This document shows positions 1-9,720 of a stretch of DNA of 64,000 nucleotides, in pieces; the stretch's first letter is position 1; each line of letters starts with the position of its first letter. This DNA is from Phoronis australis (lineage: Eukaryota; Animalia; Phoronida). Under the pieces are notes generated by a model. It made no database searches. It had not been told where the DNA came from and worked only from the letters and a program-made list of their open reading frames with translations. The stretch lies in assembly GCA_002633005.1 (NCBI GenBank), contig NMRA01000180.1, forward strand, positions 216,405-280,404. The letters are read 5' to 3'. Both the position numbers and the translations under genes were made by a program.

Positions 1-749
1 TTGTTGTTTTTGAAGCAGCCAGGAACACAACAAGTGTATCCGCCGTAAGTTTTCTTCGCGCTCATTCCGCGTATTATGCTTGATACTATGGCCGCCTTCG
101 GAATCCTGACCACAGCACCCACAATGCACCATTTTAACCTAATTTCAATATGGCGTCGCTGCAAATCCGCTATTAGGCCTACACAACCGAAGACGTTGAT
201 ATCACGATAGTAGCACTCGTTGATTTTGTTTTAAGACGGGCGCTCTAAACATCGAAAACATGGAACTCACGTATAGATCCCTGACAGTATATGAAGAGGG
301 GCTATGTTGTCAAAAATGGATACATCGTTGCAGCAAAACTTTTTAAAAATAGATAATATTAAAACACTTATGATTTGTGTAAAAGGGAATCATTTGTCGA
401 GCTTCGAACTCCCTTCGAACTCCCGAAGTGTACCGTTTTATACTGAATTTTGTAACGAAAGACAACATTGAAGACAGAAAACTGGTTTCAATCTCGCGCT
501 ACTGAGGTTGCGCCCTCATGCGAGGCATTTATTTTCATTTTTTTTATTCCAGTGGTGGTTCTTGTTATGGAATTTACCATCACTAAAACTTTTCGCAACT
601 CCGCCGTTTTTCAACCGAATTGCATAAGAGTCATACTGTTAGAAAGCCCTTCATTAGTTTTTGATGGTGCATGATTATAGTAGAAGCAAAGCAAATAAAA
701 GAGTCATAAGTAATTGCCATTTCTTATAGGGGTTTAAAAATATTCACAT

Positions 750-840
750 GGGTTTGTGCGTGTGCGTGTATATATATGTGTGTGTGTGCGTGTGCGTGTG
801 CGTGTGCGCGTGTGTGTGTGTCTGTATCTATATGTATATC
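750..840. repeat. Compound (TG)n/(TGCG)n/(TA)n microsatellite
   Basis: Runs of tgtgcg, tgtg and tata are visible directly. Confidence 0.9.
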
Positions 841-1005
841 TGTAAACTTATATACTTTTGTAAACTTGTATTCATATGTACATATATGTATTAGACCACT
901 CAAACACATGCCACCACATGAATCATATGGGTATAGTAGTTGAGACCACTCTAAATGTTTTATGCCAGTATAATACTGCTTAGGTAAAAACTATCATATT
1001 TTTAC

Positions 1006-1146
1006 CGTTAATCCCTTGTCTGTGAACTTGGTGATGATACATTAGCCCTGCCACGACTTCCCTTTCAACGGTGAATTGGAGTTTGATGGTGTACTGCGTT
1101 CCTTCTTTCATTGTAATCGGTTTCTCTTTCAGCTTAGAGATGTCAC
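1006..1146 (-). CDS. RhoGDI: Rho GDP-dissociation inhibitor, internal exon (Ig-like domain)
   Basis: 141-nt phase 1-1 exon between ttcag| and |gtaaaa. It encodes GDISKLKEKPITMKEGTQYTIKLQFTVEREVVAGLMYHHQVHRQGIN, matching RhoGDI GDL..KK..F.LKEG.EY.IKI.F.V..EIVSG..Y....YRKGV. The terminal exon was not found and is probably left of the window. Confidence 0.92.
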
Positions 1147-1666
1147 CTGAAGTAAACAGGATGATTCTACCGAAGCAGGACAAAGACTTTGACTAAGCTA
1201 GGAAGAAGAAACATAGCATAAATCTGTACAACTCTATTGTAACAAAAGCTGAATCACGCGCTGTGAACACAGTGTTCAACGCCGCTTATCAGCGTTCTTT
1301 CGGCGGTGTGTTTTTCAGTTGGGAATGGCGCATCGAGTTGTGCAAAGATACGGATGGGGACATGTCCAACACCTACTGTAAAAGTTATTTTGACCCTGTT
1401 AGATTGTCTTGTCGGCTCATCTAGGCTATCTTTAAAGATATTACTGATTTCGCTACTCCCCGTGCTTCACTGCTCTAACTGCAAGGAGCATTGGGAAACT
1501 GGATGTGAGAACGCTGCCGAAAAGGCTAGCATTGAAAAATATTCAACTACAGCGTGAGCTCAATACATAAAAATGAAACTCTACAAAATTTCAAGGTTCC
1601 TGCCGCTACTTAGAAAAACTATTAGGAAAAGTTTGAGGTTTGTTTTGGGGGAATCACACAGTATAA

Positions 1667-1815
1667 CATGCGCGCACCCAGCCTTAAAAATTGGAGGTTT
1701 CGAATTTTTGAGAATGTGGACCTTTCACTAAGATTCACGGGGTGCGTTTAGAGCTATGTTGCATTCGTCGACTTTTTGTATTTTCTGCTTTTTAGTGGAG
1801 TTTTGTCTCGTTTCC
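1667..1815 (+). mobile_element. Truncated copy of the CATGCGCGCACCCAG-ended MITE
   Basis: Starts catgcgcgcacccagcc; the internal sequence resembles the copies at 24637 and 37445. Confidence 0.6.
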
Positions 1816-2109
1816 TACTTTATTTGGGAGTATTTGTTTCTCTAAGGTAGACTTTTTGTCTACTTTGCCAAATGGAGGGTTGTTCTAGCCCCCGAGACTC
1901 TCCCCCCACTCGGGTGGACCCATGTATAAGATGGCATCACAAAAGAAGTGAATTGGCACGGGCGCCGTCGACAATTGCGCTTCGTGGACACTGAACAGTT
2001 TGCAACATTTGCCGGTATCAGAAGTCCATGATAGAAAGCAAGGGGGCTTATTATGGCTGACAGACTTGGTTGATTGACTTTAATGGCCTGGCTCGAAAAA
2101 TATACTCGC

Positions 2110-2217
2110 CTTGTAAATCCAGATCTATGTCGTTGCGACCCTCTACAACAAGGGACATCTTGAGTAATTTGACAATCGGCGGTGGCATCAGTGGAAGTAG
2201 AAAACTCAACAGGCAGT
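2110..2217 (-). CDS. RhoGDI: RhoGDI exon upstream of the 141-nt exon (coding may start at internal ATG 2188)
   Basis: 108 nt from ctttcag| to AAG|gcgagt (GC donor). It encodes ..MPPPIVKLLKMSLVVEGRNDIDLDLQ|G, matching RhoGDI PNVVV..LTLV.......LDLT|G, and joins in frame to the exon at 1146. Confidence 0.85.
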
Positions 2218-2289
2218 CTGAAAGCAGTGAGTATATATCGGCCGTATGTGCTGGCTTTTCTCGACAGCGGTTTTGCACGCAAGATTTTC

Positions 2290-3543
2290 AAACAAGAGCA
2301 ACGCAGAGCGTTGAAATGCGCCCACAATTGCACCGTAAACGGTATCCTTCTAGGGTTGTTTATTGGTACCATAAAGTGGCCAGTAGAGGGCATATATGTA
2401 GTATGTTGTACAAAATGGAAAGGCATTGTCATTGTCTCCTCAATAGGCTAGGGGCAAAATGTGAGTGATCTTCATAATACAAGCACATCCTATACATCAG
2501 TTGCAGCACCACAGAAACATAGAATTAAAAACAAATTTACCAACATACGAGATTAGCACAGCATTAGAATGTCAGAAACAAATTTCTACTTGGAACTTTT
2601 CCTTCATAGTCACGAAGTAACACAAAGTATACACCTGAAGACGTATGAAAATACAGAGGTCAATGTAAAATACTAAAATTGCCACTAGAGGCATACCGGT
2701 AGTCAGAATCATCCTAAAGTCGTCATCGTCCGTTGTCAACATCACATAAATACACTTGCTAAATTTAGTAAAGATCCTGCAAACAGATTGGGAGATACAG
2801 CCATGNNNNNNNNNNNNNNNNNNNNNNNNNNNNNNNNNNNNNNNNNNNNNNNNNNNNNNNNNNNNNNNNNNNNNNNNNNNNNNNNNNNNNNNNNNNNNNN
2901 NNNNNNNNNNNNNNNNNNNNNNNNNNNNNNNNNNNNNNNNNNAAAACTGCCACTAGGAGGCGCCACAGTAGTCGAAATCGTCGGAAAATCATCGTCAACC
3001 GTCCTCTACATAGTAAGCATATACATGCCAATTTTCACAATCATCCTTTGAGCGGTTTGGTTGATAGAGGGGTGGACGCACAAAAACAGACTCGAAAACA
3101 CTAAAAATGGCCACTAGGTGGCGCAAACTATGTCGAATCCATCTGAAAACAGGAGGATAACGTCATCTCACTAATAGGTGCCTACACACCAAATTTCATG
3201 AAAATCCGTTCAGGACTTTTGAAGATACAAAGGTAAGCTTAAAAAAACTAAAATTGCCACTAGGGGGCACACCAGTAGTCGGATCCGTCCGAAAGTTCGC
3301 ACATGCAGTCCCATTTATGAATGGAACATATGTGTGAAATTTCATGAACGTATGTCAAAGGGTTTTGGAGATAAAGCAGCGGACGCCGGACGCCACCCCG
3401 CGGACGGACGGACGGACGGACGGACGGACGGACTGACGGACGGACGGACGGACGGACGGACGGACGGACGGACGGACGGACGGACGGACGGACGGAGATG
3501 ACGGCATAATGCGTCCACATATAAATATGTGGGCGCATAAAAA
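2290..3543 (-). mobile_element. Non-autonomous pearl/DINE-1-like (Helentron-associated, HINE) element
   Basis: One end has aacaagag, a hairpin caacgc-aga-gcgttg (2299-2313) and subterminal atgcgcccaca (2316-2326). The other end has the inverted tgtgggcgcat (3528-3538) inside a hairpin (3509-3538), followed by an A run. Internal ~150-160 bp tandem units and a (GGAC)n tract are present; contains N gap 2806-2942. Confidence 0.85.
3400..3495. repeat. (GGAC)n tetranucleotide microsatellite inside the HINE element
   Basis: Over 20 near-perfect ggac units. Confidence 0.97.
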
Positions 3544-4748
3544 CACCCACAATGTAATATACGTTTCAAGCTGTATCACACAATTGAGTATTCTAAGCTG
3601 GAAGAAACATTGGTGCAGTTAAATGAACCGAGAAGAAAAGTCTTTTAGATCACGCCGTTTTTTGTTATACAAGAAATAAATGTATGATGAACGATTGAAA
3701 ATACAAACTTTAAACAAGGAAATAACAGTGGCCTGCACAGCAGGACTATGTGGAAATAAAAAGACTCCTTTACATAACATGGTATGTCCTATAAAATCTC
3801 ATGGAATCGTCTGATGCTGTACATAATAACCTTTACTGTTCGCGATTGAAACATTGGTGGACCTACTGACAAATCGACAAATATTACTGCGTACTGTCCT
3901 TTCATCGGCTCGCTTACAAGCCTAGCCTTCTCCTAACGTCCACTTGCATGAACATTGTACTTTTGTTCTCTTTTTTGCCACGGCTGTACGGCGTCCACTT
4001 TACGAATTTCCTCAAGCTGTCCTCATATGAATGCTTCCGCGGAAAAATGCCCTGCGCTATATTCCAGTTTTTGCTAAACTTTTAAGGGTTTGAAATTGAC
4101 CAAAACAAATAAAAATCAATGCAACATGTTAACATACATGTAGATTCCAAAAAATAGCGATACAACTGGCGAAGCTTGTATGGCGGGACAGGCTGTTGAC
4201 AAACATAACGCTAAATCGTCGTGAGAGACCGCCGGAGTTGGCACATAGTGAAACTCTGGACGGTCTGGGGTCAACAGAAAACCACAGTTCAACTGTGGGT
4301 CTACAACAATGTGATAAACGAGAGTAGTTCTACTTGCTGCGTCAGCTGCAGGTAAGCTTATCCCTTTTATGACACACAATGTGTGACAGGGAAAAGCGTT
4401 TTCAAAATAATGTGGATAAATCAGTGGAGTGTGAGACCCCTGAGGTCCCTGTCAAGTCCTCACGACAATTCTACGTTATGAAGGCAGAATGATTTTAACT
4501 ATTTTAACAGGCGTTGTTGTTGCCATTTATGAAGCAGAAGGCATTGTTTTGGTTGTTAGTTGAAATTAAGGTTGTTGGTGCGCTTATTTTGAATTCTCTT
4601 TTGTTAATAGTATCGTAGAAATCAATCTCTTTTCGAATCGAAATGCATTATTTTTGCAATAATTTAGGCCGTTAGTTTTCATTTTTGATATTATTAAAAA
4701 AATCAGAGGGAAAAATGGAATGTATGTTCCTCATTCAGTTACGGCAAT

Positions 4749-4945
4749 ATGCAAAATCAAAATAAATCAATTTCTGGATTTACTTTATATAAATGATAAC
4801 GTAGCGTTCCCTTCTAGGAGACTTCTACAGATCGTCTGAAGCCGATGTGCTGGCGTGGCGGCATAGGCGAAGAATTCACGCGGGTAGTGACATAATTTCT
4901 AAGTTCGTTGGTGACGTAATACAAACCGCAGATAGATTATATCAT
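4749..4945 (+). repeat. Left arm of a ~200-bp imperfect inverted repeat (partner 8585-8780)
   Basis: atcaatttctggatttactttatataaatgataacgtagcg..ggagacttctacagatc..ctgaagccgatgtgctgg is the reverse complement, with mismatches, of 8674-8780; weaker similarity continues inward. Confidence 0.85.
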
Positions 4946-5342
4946 AAACTATAGTACATGGACCGCCAACTCCCTATATAGTCGGTGGGCCAGATCTCAT
5001 AGCGTTCAACCTTGTGAATACTTTGGGGGGGCAACCTAGTTTTTTCTATGTAGCTAGATAATATACCTATAAATCAAATTCCAAAAAGTTCCCACGTCTA
5101 CACTTGCACATTATTTTAATAAAGGTGTTTTTGTTGCACAAAATAGGATGCACATACCTGCCACTTGGTGGCGCTATTCTATTGAATTGACCAATCAGAG
5201 AGCCAGATTATAATACTTTAAATGGACGAGACCTATGCTCTTTCGCAAAAACATAAATCATTGTTCACTAGCGACACCTGGCCTAATTATCTGGCATTAT
5301 TTCTGGCTACTACGTCATCTGCTAATCTTGGTCAGTTGTTAA

Positions 5343-7815
5343 AGTCCTGGTCTCAAACTGCCCATGTCGTTCTAGTATCCGAAAATACTTATTACATAAA
5401 ATCTTATTTTCAACACCCTTTCTTTATATTCTTTTCCCTTTCTTGCCAAAAGCGATTTTTAACAGTATTTGACCCTTCCCTGTGAGCGTATAATTACCGG
5501 CTGTCATCGGTTATTTCCGTACCCACATTTCCGGCTCATCAGTTCAGGAACTTGTCCTGAACGCCGCCATTTTTTTCTTGTAACTGAATGTGCTATCGCT
5601 TGCTCGAAAAGTCTTCATTATTTTGTTTTATTAGTAATATTTCGTGATTCGTTTGTGTGTGTAGTGTGTTTATAGTTTGTAGTTAATGGTCGTAGAAAAT
5701 TTTTGGAATGTTACGCGTACTTATTATGTTAAAATAGCATTGATGTTTATTTCCTAACGTAGGGCAGTCGAACCTAGGAACCAATATGAGTCGAACCAAT
5801 TTTTTCCGTTTTGATTTTCTTCTCGTTTTGAAAAAGTGCTTTGCTGTCATCGGAAAGGTAGTGCATTCTACTCAGTAACAATCGAAAAAGTATCAAAATT
5901 GGGGCAAGCACTGTAAAGGTATTGCAATTTTTGTGGCGAACTTTGGGTCACTTTGTTTGGATTGCGTCGGCCATAGTGGAGGACAGCGGTGTAAGTTACG
6001 AGTTTAAAACTTTGTGCAAATTGTTTTCGCCAACAATTTACGGTGAAATTTAGTGAGACATATCTTTACTTACTATTCTGCACGATTCAACAGTGTTCAT
6101 CAAATTTCAGCCTTGCAGTTGTTACTCATTAAGTGATAAATGTGCTCACAATTCCCGTTGGACTCCGTCTCATTTCTGCCGGCACCGACAACATGGCGAC
6201 TTTTGCTGAACTGGAAGACATGTTCAACCATTTACTTTGTAATTTGTGAAGATTTAACGTTGATACATTTTGACAAACGTTGCTACAAAAAAGGAACTTT
6301 GTTCAATTTTTGTGCAAAAATATAAGATAATTTGAATTATTTTACTGTGAATTTCCCATTCAGGTGATCTTACACTAAGCTAAAAAAATAGTTGACATAA
6401 TTTTGAAATTGTTTTTTGTTTGACTATCAACTGCTGTTCAATGCTTGATTAGGTGTCACAAAATGCTTCATATTTTTTCTAAATTTCAAGTCTGAATTGC
6501 TTTCAAGTCCTGTTTTGTAACTTATTGCTTCTTAATTCAGGTTATCAAGTCAACAATATGAATAATCATAATTTGTTCCTTGCAACTTCAAATTTTTTAA
6601 TTATGTTTTTCAAATTCTGGTGTAAGGAAACACTATTCGGTCACCATGGTAATAGTTACATGTATGTCCACTTTCGTCGTGCAAACTTTTGCTGTTGAAT
6701 AGTGTTTGTAATGCTAAATGTTGTAATGTATTGTGCATTTTAAGTTACTTATTATGTTAAAAGATTTTATCATTTTAGCTTAATGAATAAAAAATGATAA
6801 TATTTTGTATTGGACTTATGTGCTCGAACGAGCCTCCTATTTGGAAAAGTGGAAAAAGTCTGCCTCAGTCAGAGAAGCACGAACTCCGAAAAAAGTAGAA
6901 AATGAGACGATATTCCACTAGAAGACAGGAAGTACCAAAATTTAGCGTCTGCAATTCATAACTCTGAACATACCCAGTGAATCTTATGGTAAAAGACAGA
7001 CATTCCCAAACATTCCAGCCCCCACATTTTCTTAAGCTTTGTGCGCTCATATAAAGTCTGGGAAAATCTCTATTGAAAGCCAACAACTTTGCACAAAACT
7101 TCGCCAAAAGTACCCAAGTTCTAAATAAACCTCTTTTGAGCGAGCGCTGTGGCGCAAGGGTAGCCTTGGCCCAAAGCTGTATGGGCCTACTAACCAGCTA
7201 GCTGTATTTTGACGGTGGTCTTCATACCGGTAGCTGGCACTGAGGCTAGCTAACGCCGGCTGCCGCGGCAGTGTGACAAACTGGATTAACCAGCCCGTAA
7301 TGTTATGCAAGTGTCTGAAACTACCTTTGAATATATACGGCATTTATGATTTGAACATTTTACTTCGACAAAACAGCTTGCAACCGCATGCCTTTACCGT
7401 TAGCCAGTGCCTCGATCCGCACCGGGTCCAATGGGCTGCTGTCCCGAGTCCGGCAAAATAATTTCTGTCAAAATTTATTCACCACATTTCTTCAACAAAT
7501 TCGATAAAATTGTCCGTAGTTTGATTTTATCAAAATTAAAGCGCGCTGTCCATTATTTTATCACCGTTTGCAGGATGGTAACAGGCACTCGTCCACGGCG
7601 TCTTCTTAGCCTGGGTTCTTGAATGAATTGTACTTCCGCGGGTTCGCGGCAATTTCAAAATGGCGGTGGTTCTTCGGGTGCGAATCGTGAGTGGCGCGTT
7701 CATTTAAACTTTTTTCGAGTACGGATCGTGTATTAGTTATGGGGTAGGTACATCTTGGATCCTTTGAAATCCTCCAAACATGTAATAAGAGTTAACAACG
7801 TGTGAGACCAGGACT
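5343..7815. mobile_element. Non-autonomous Kolobok-type DNA transposon (~2.5 kb)
   Basis: Perfect 13-bp TIRs agtcctggtctca / tgagaccaggact, each flanked by TTAA (5339-5342, 7816-7819); purine-purine 5' end; no transposase ORF. Confidence 0.75.
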
Positions 7816-8211
7816 TTAAGGGGTCGGGTAGTAGCGTTGCTAAAAGTAATCACAATACCAACAGTTCTACTATTTTCAGGTTTTGAATAGCATTAAAATA
7901 CCGAAATTATTATTTTACTTTCGTGGTACTGGACAATAAAATAGATACGGGAATATCTGGTCACAATACACTAACCGGAAAATGAACCAGATGATTGAGG
8001 AGAGTGGCGCCGCCTCTTGGAAAGTACGGAAGAAAATGTCGGTGTTGCGAATCTGTTGTCTACCTAAGTCCTCCATGTCTGTTAAGGATGTGGGTATCAA
8101 TTCTGGATCGCCTGTCTATCACCACGGGAAAACTAATACTCGTTCCGTAGGCTGAGAAAGGAAAACACAGAGATCAGGACCAGAAAAAGACGGACGCCCT
8201 CCAAGGCTTGC

Positions 8212-8579
8212 GTGATTATCCCATACGTTCCTGGTATTTCGGACCGGGTTAAAAAACGGGGTGTTCCCAGCATTCATGAAACCAATTGACTCTTTTAGCA
8301 GTAAATTAGTTAATGTAAAAGACAAACCACCAAAAAACGTTCCAATGTTGTACATGTATATGGGATAAAGCGGGGCAACGACGAATGTCCAGAGTCTTAG
8401 TGTTGGAGAAGCGAAGCAGGCGCTTAAAAGTGATTTATCAACACCGTCCCCCTACTTAGGGAGGTAATTATGACTCGGCAGAGTTCATTCACCTTTTCGC
8501 ATCAAACCATGATTTTTCTATGGAAAATATGTGGGTGCCTTGGTTTTGAAATGGTGTGAGAGAAGCGATCCACGAGAAG
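8212..8579 (+). mobile_element. Degenerate Penelope-like retroelement fragment (linker plus GIY-YIG endonuclease)
   Basis: Frameshifted translation VIIPYVPGISDRVKK..AFMKPIDSFSSKLVNVKDKPPK..SNVV..GIK..VGEAKQALK..QHR..DSAEFIHL..NHDF..WF..GVREAIHEK follows the PLE pattern IPYV.G.SE / LVH.KD / YVGET / ERGVKEAI. Confidence 0.85.
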
Positions 8580-8584
8580 ACGTA

Positions 8585-8780
8585 GATATGAAATCTATCA
8601 GCTGATTGGAACTATAACCAAAGAAATTTATGTCACATCCCACGTGACTACTATGTCCGTCAATGCCGACAAACACCAGCACATCGGCTTCAGAGTGATC
8701 TGTAGAAGTCTCCGAGATGGGGACGCTACGTTATCATTCATATAAGGTAAGTCCAGAAATTGATATATCTTGTTTTGCAA
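8585..8780 (-). repeat. Right arm of the inverted repeat (partner 4749-4945)
   Basis: ccagcacatcggcttcagagtgatctgtagaagtctcc..cgctacgttatcattcatataaggtaagtccagaaattgat. Confidence 0.85.
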
Positions 8781-8879
8781 TTAAAGAGAATGACAGAAAG
8801 TTATAGTTGGTTGTCATTTTTAAATGTTAAAGCAACCAATAGCTGCTCTACCTGTTGTCAAATCTAAAAGAACTCGACA

Positions 8880-9150
8880 CACACTCCCTCTCGTGGCCCT
8901 TGTTTGATAAATGAAGCAGGAGTAACGTGTACACCTAAGCAGTTGGTTGACTTCTATGTAAGATCCTGATGTATGAAATTCTGAGTATTTGTTCCAATTC
9001 CAAGTGCTGTAAGACTTCATAATCCGTGAGCGAGACTTGGATTTGTACAGTCGCCCAGGGTTGCTCGCAGTGGTCGGACAACCCGGTCGTCTCACTAACA
9101 ACGGGAACTCCACCTGTTTCATGCCACCTTGCATTCGCCAATAAACTAAT
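8880..9150 (+). mobile_element. Possible decayed L2/CR1-group LINE 3' fragment
   Basis: Broken peptides AGV..PKQLVDFYV and IPSAVRLHN resemble the post-RT C-terminus of L2-like ORF2; aataaa at about 9140. Confidence 0.35.
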
Positions 9151-9171
9151 GCAAAAACCCGGCCGAAAGGA

Positions 9172-9360
9172 GCATAGGTGGATTTAGGGGGGAGTGGGGC
9201 CCCCCTCGCCAGCCGCAAAACATAAAACGGAGTGTGTGAGGAAATATTGAGTTTCTTAATTAAGCCCGGTAATTAACATACGGCTGAAACAAAATTTAAC
9301 AATGTGTACAGTTTTAGTTTATGTGCGCGTGTGTGTGAGGGGCGGGCTCACACCAAATTT
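9172..9360 (+). repeat. Dispersed MITE-like repeat with an inverted copy at 15650-15816
   Basis: ggtggatttagggggg..gaggaaatattgagtt..aattaagcccggtaattaacat matches the reverse complement of 15715-15816. Confidence 0.7.
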
Positions 9361-9471
9361 TAAGTGTCCGATTCAGACGACTGGCGTAATCATAACGGAA
9401 CTATGGCTAGATAATGGCGCTCCCCGTCGGTCGATATGTGCGTGATATCCCAGGCGACCGGCAGTGGCGCT

Positions 9472-9720
9472 GGGCCCTGTTCCAAGAAAACTGACTTAGC
9501 TAAGACAGATCTTAACTTTCAGTCAATTTTAAGACAAGACTTAAATCTGTCTCAAGATCATTTCAAAAAAGGGATCTTCAGATCGACTTAAGTTTTTGAC
9601 TTAAGTATTGTCTTAATTTTGGTTATCTTATCAGATGTAGAAGTTTCAAAGTTCGCAATTTGAGACAAATTTTAGACTTAAGTCAAAAATGAACTTAAGT
9701 CAGTTTCTTGGAACGGTCCC
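9472..9720 (+). mobile_element. ~250-bp MITE with PIF/Harbinger-like TIRs (copy 1)
   Basis: TIRs gggccctgttccaagaaaactgactta / taagtcagtttcttggaacggtccc; the same element occurs at 30310, 61266 and 62261. Confidence 0.85.

Noticed and set aside
1860-2468. Long overlapping ORFs of 190 aa (-) and 132 aa (+)
   Set aside because: They are alternate frames across the RhoGDI exon and the end of the HINE element, with no recognisable domain.
3260-3579. ORFs with (SVRP)n repeats
   Set aside because: Translations of the (GGAC)n microsatellite.
3930-4080. Minus-strand peptides EDSLRKF and EEIRKVD as the RhoGDI N-terminal arm
   Set aside because: They are in different overlapping frames, lack the surrounding motif and have no suitable splice sites.
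5758-6840. Possible mariner-like MITE nested in the Kolobok element
   Set aside because: The terminal similarity is too degenerate to support by eye.
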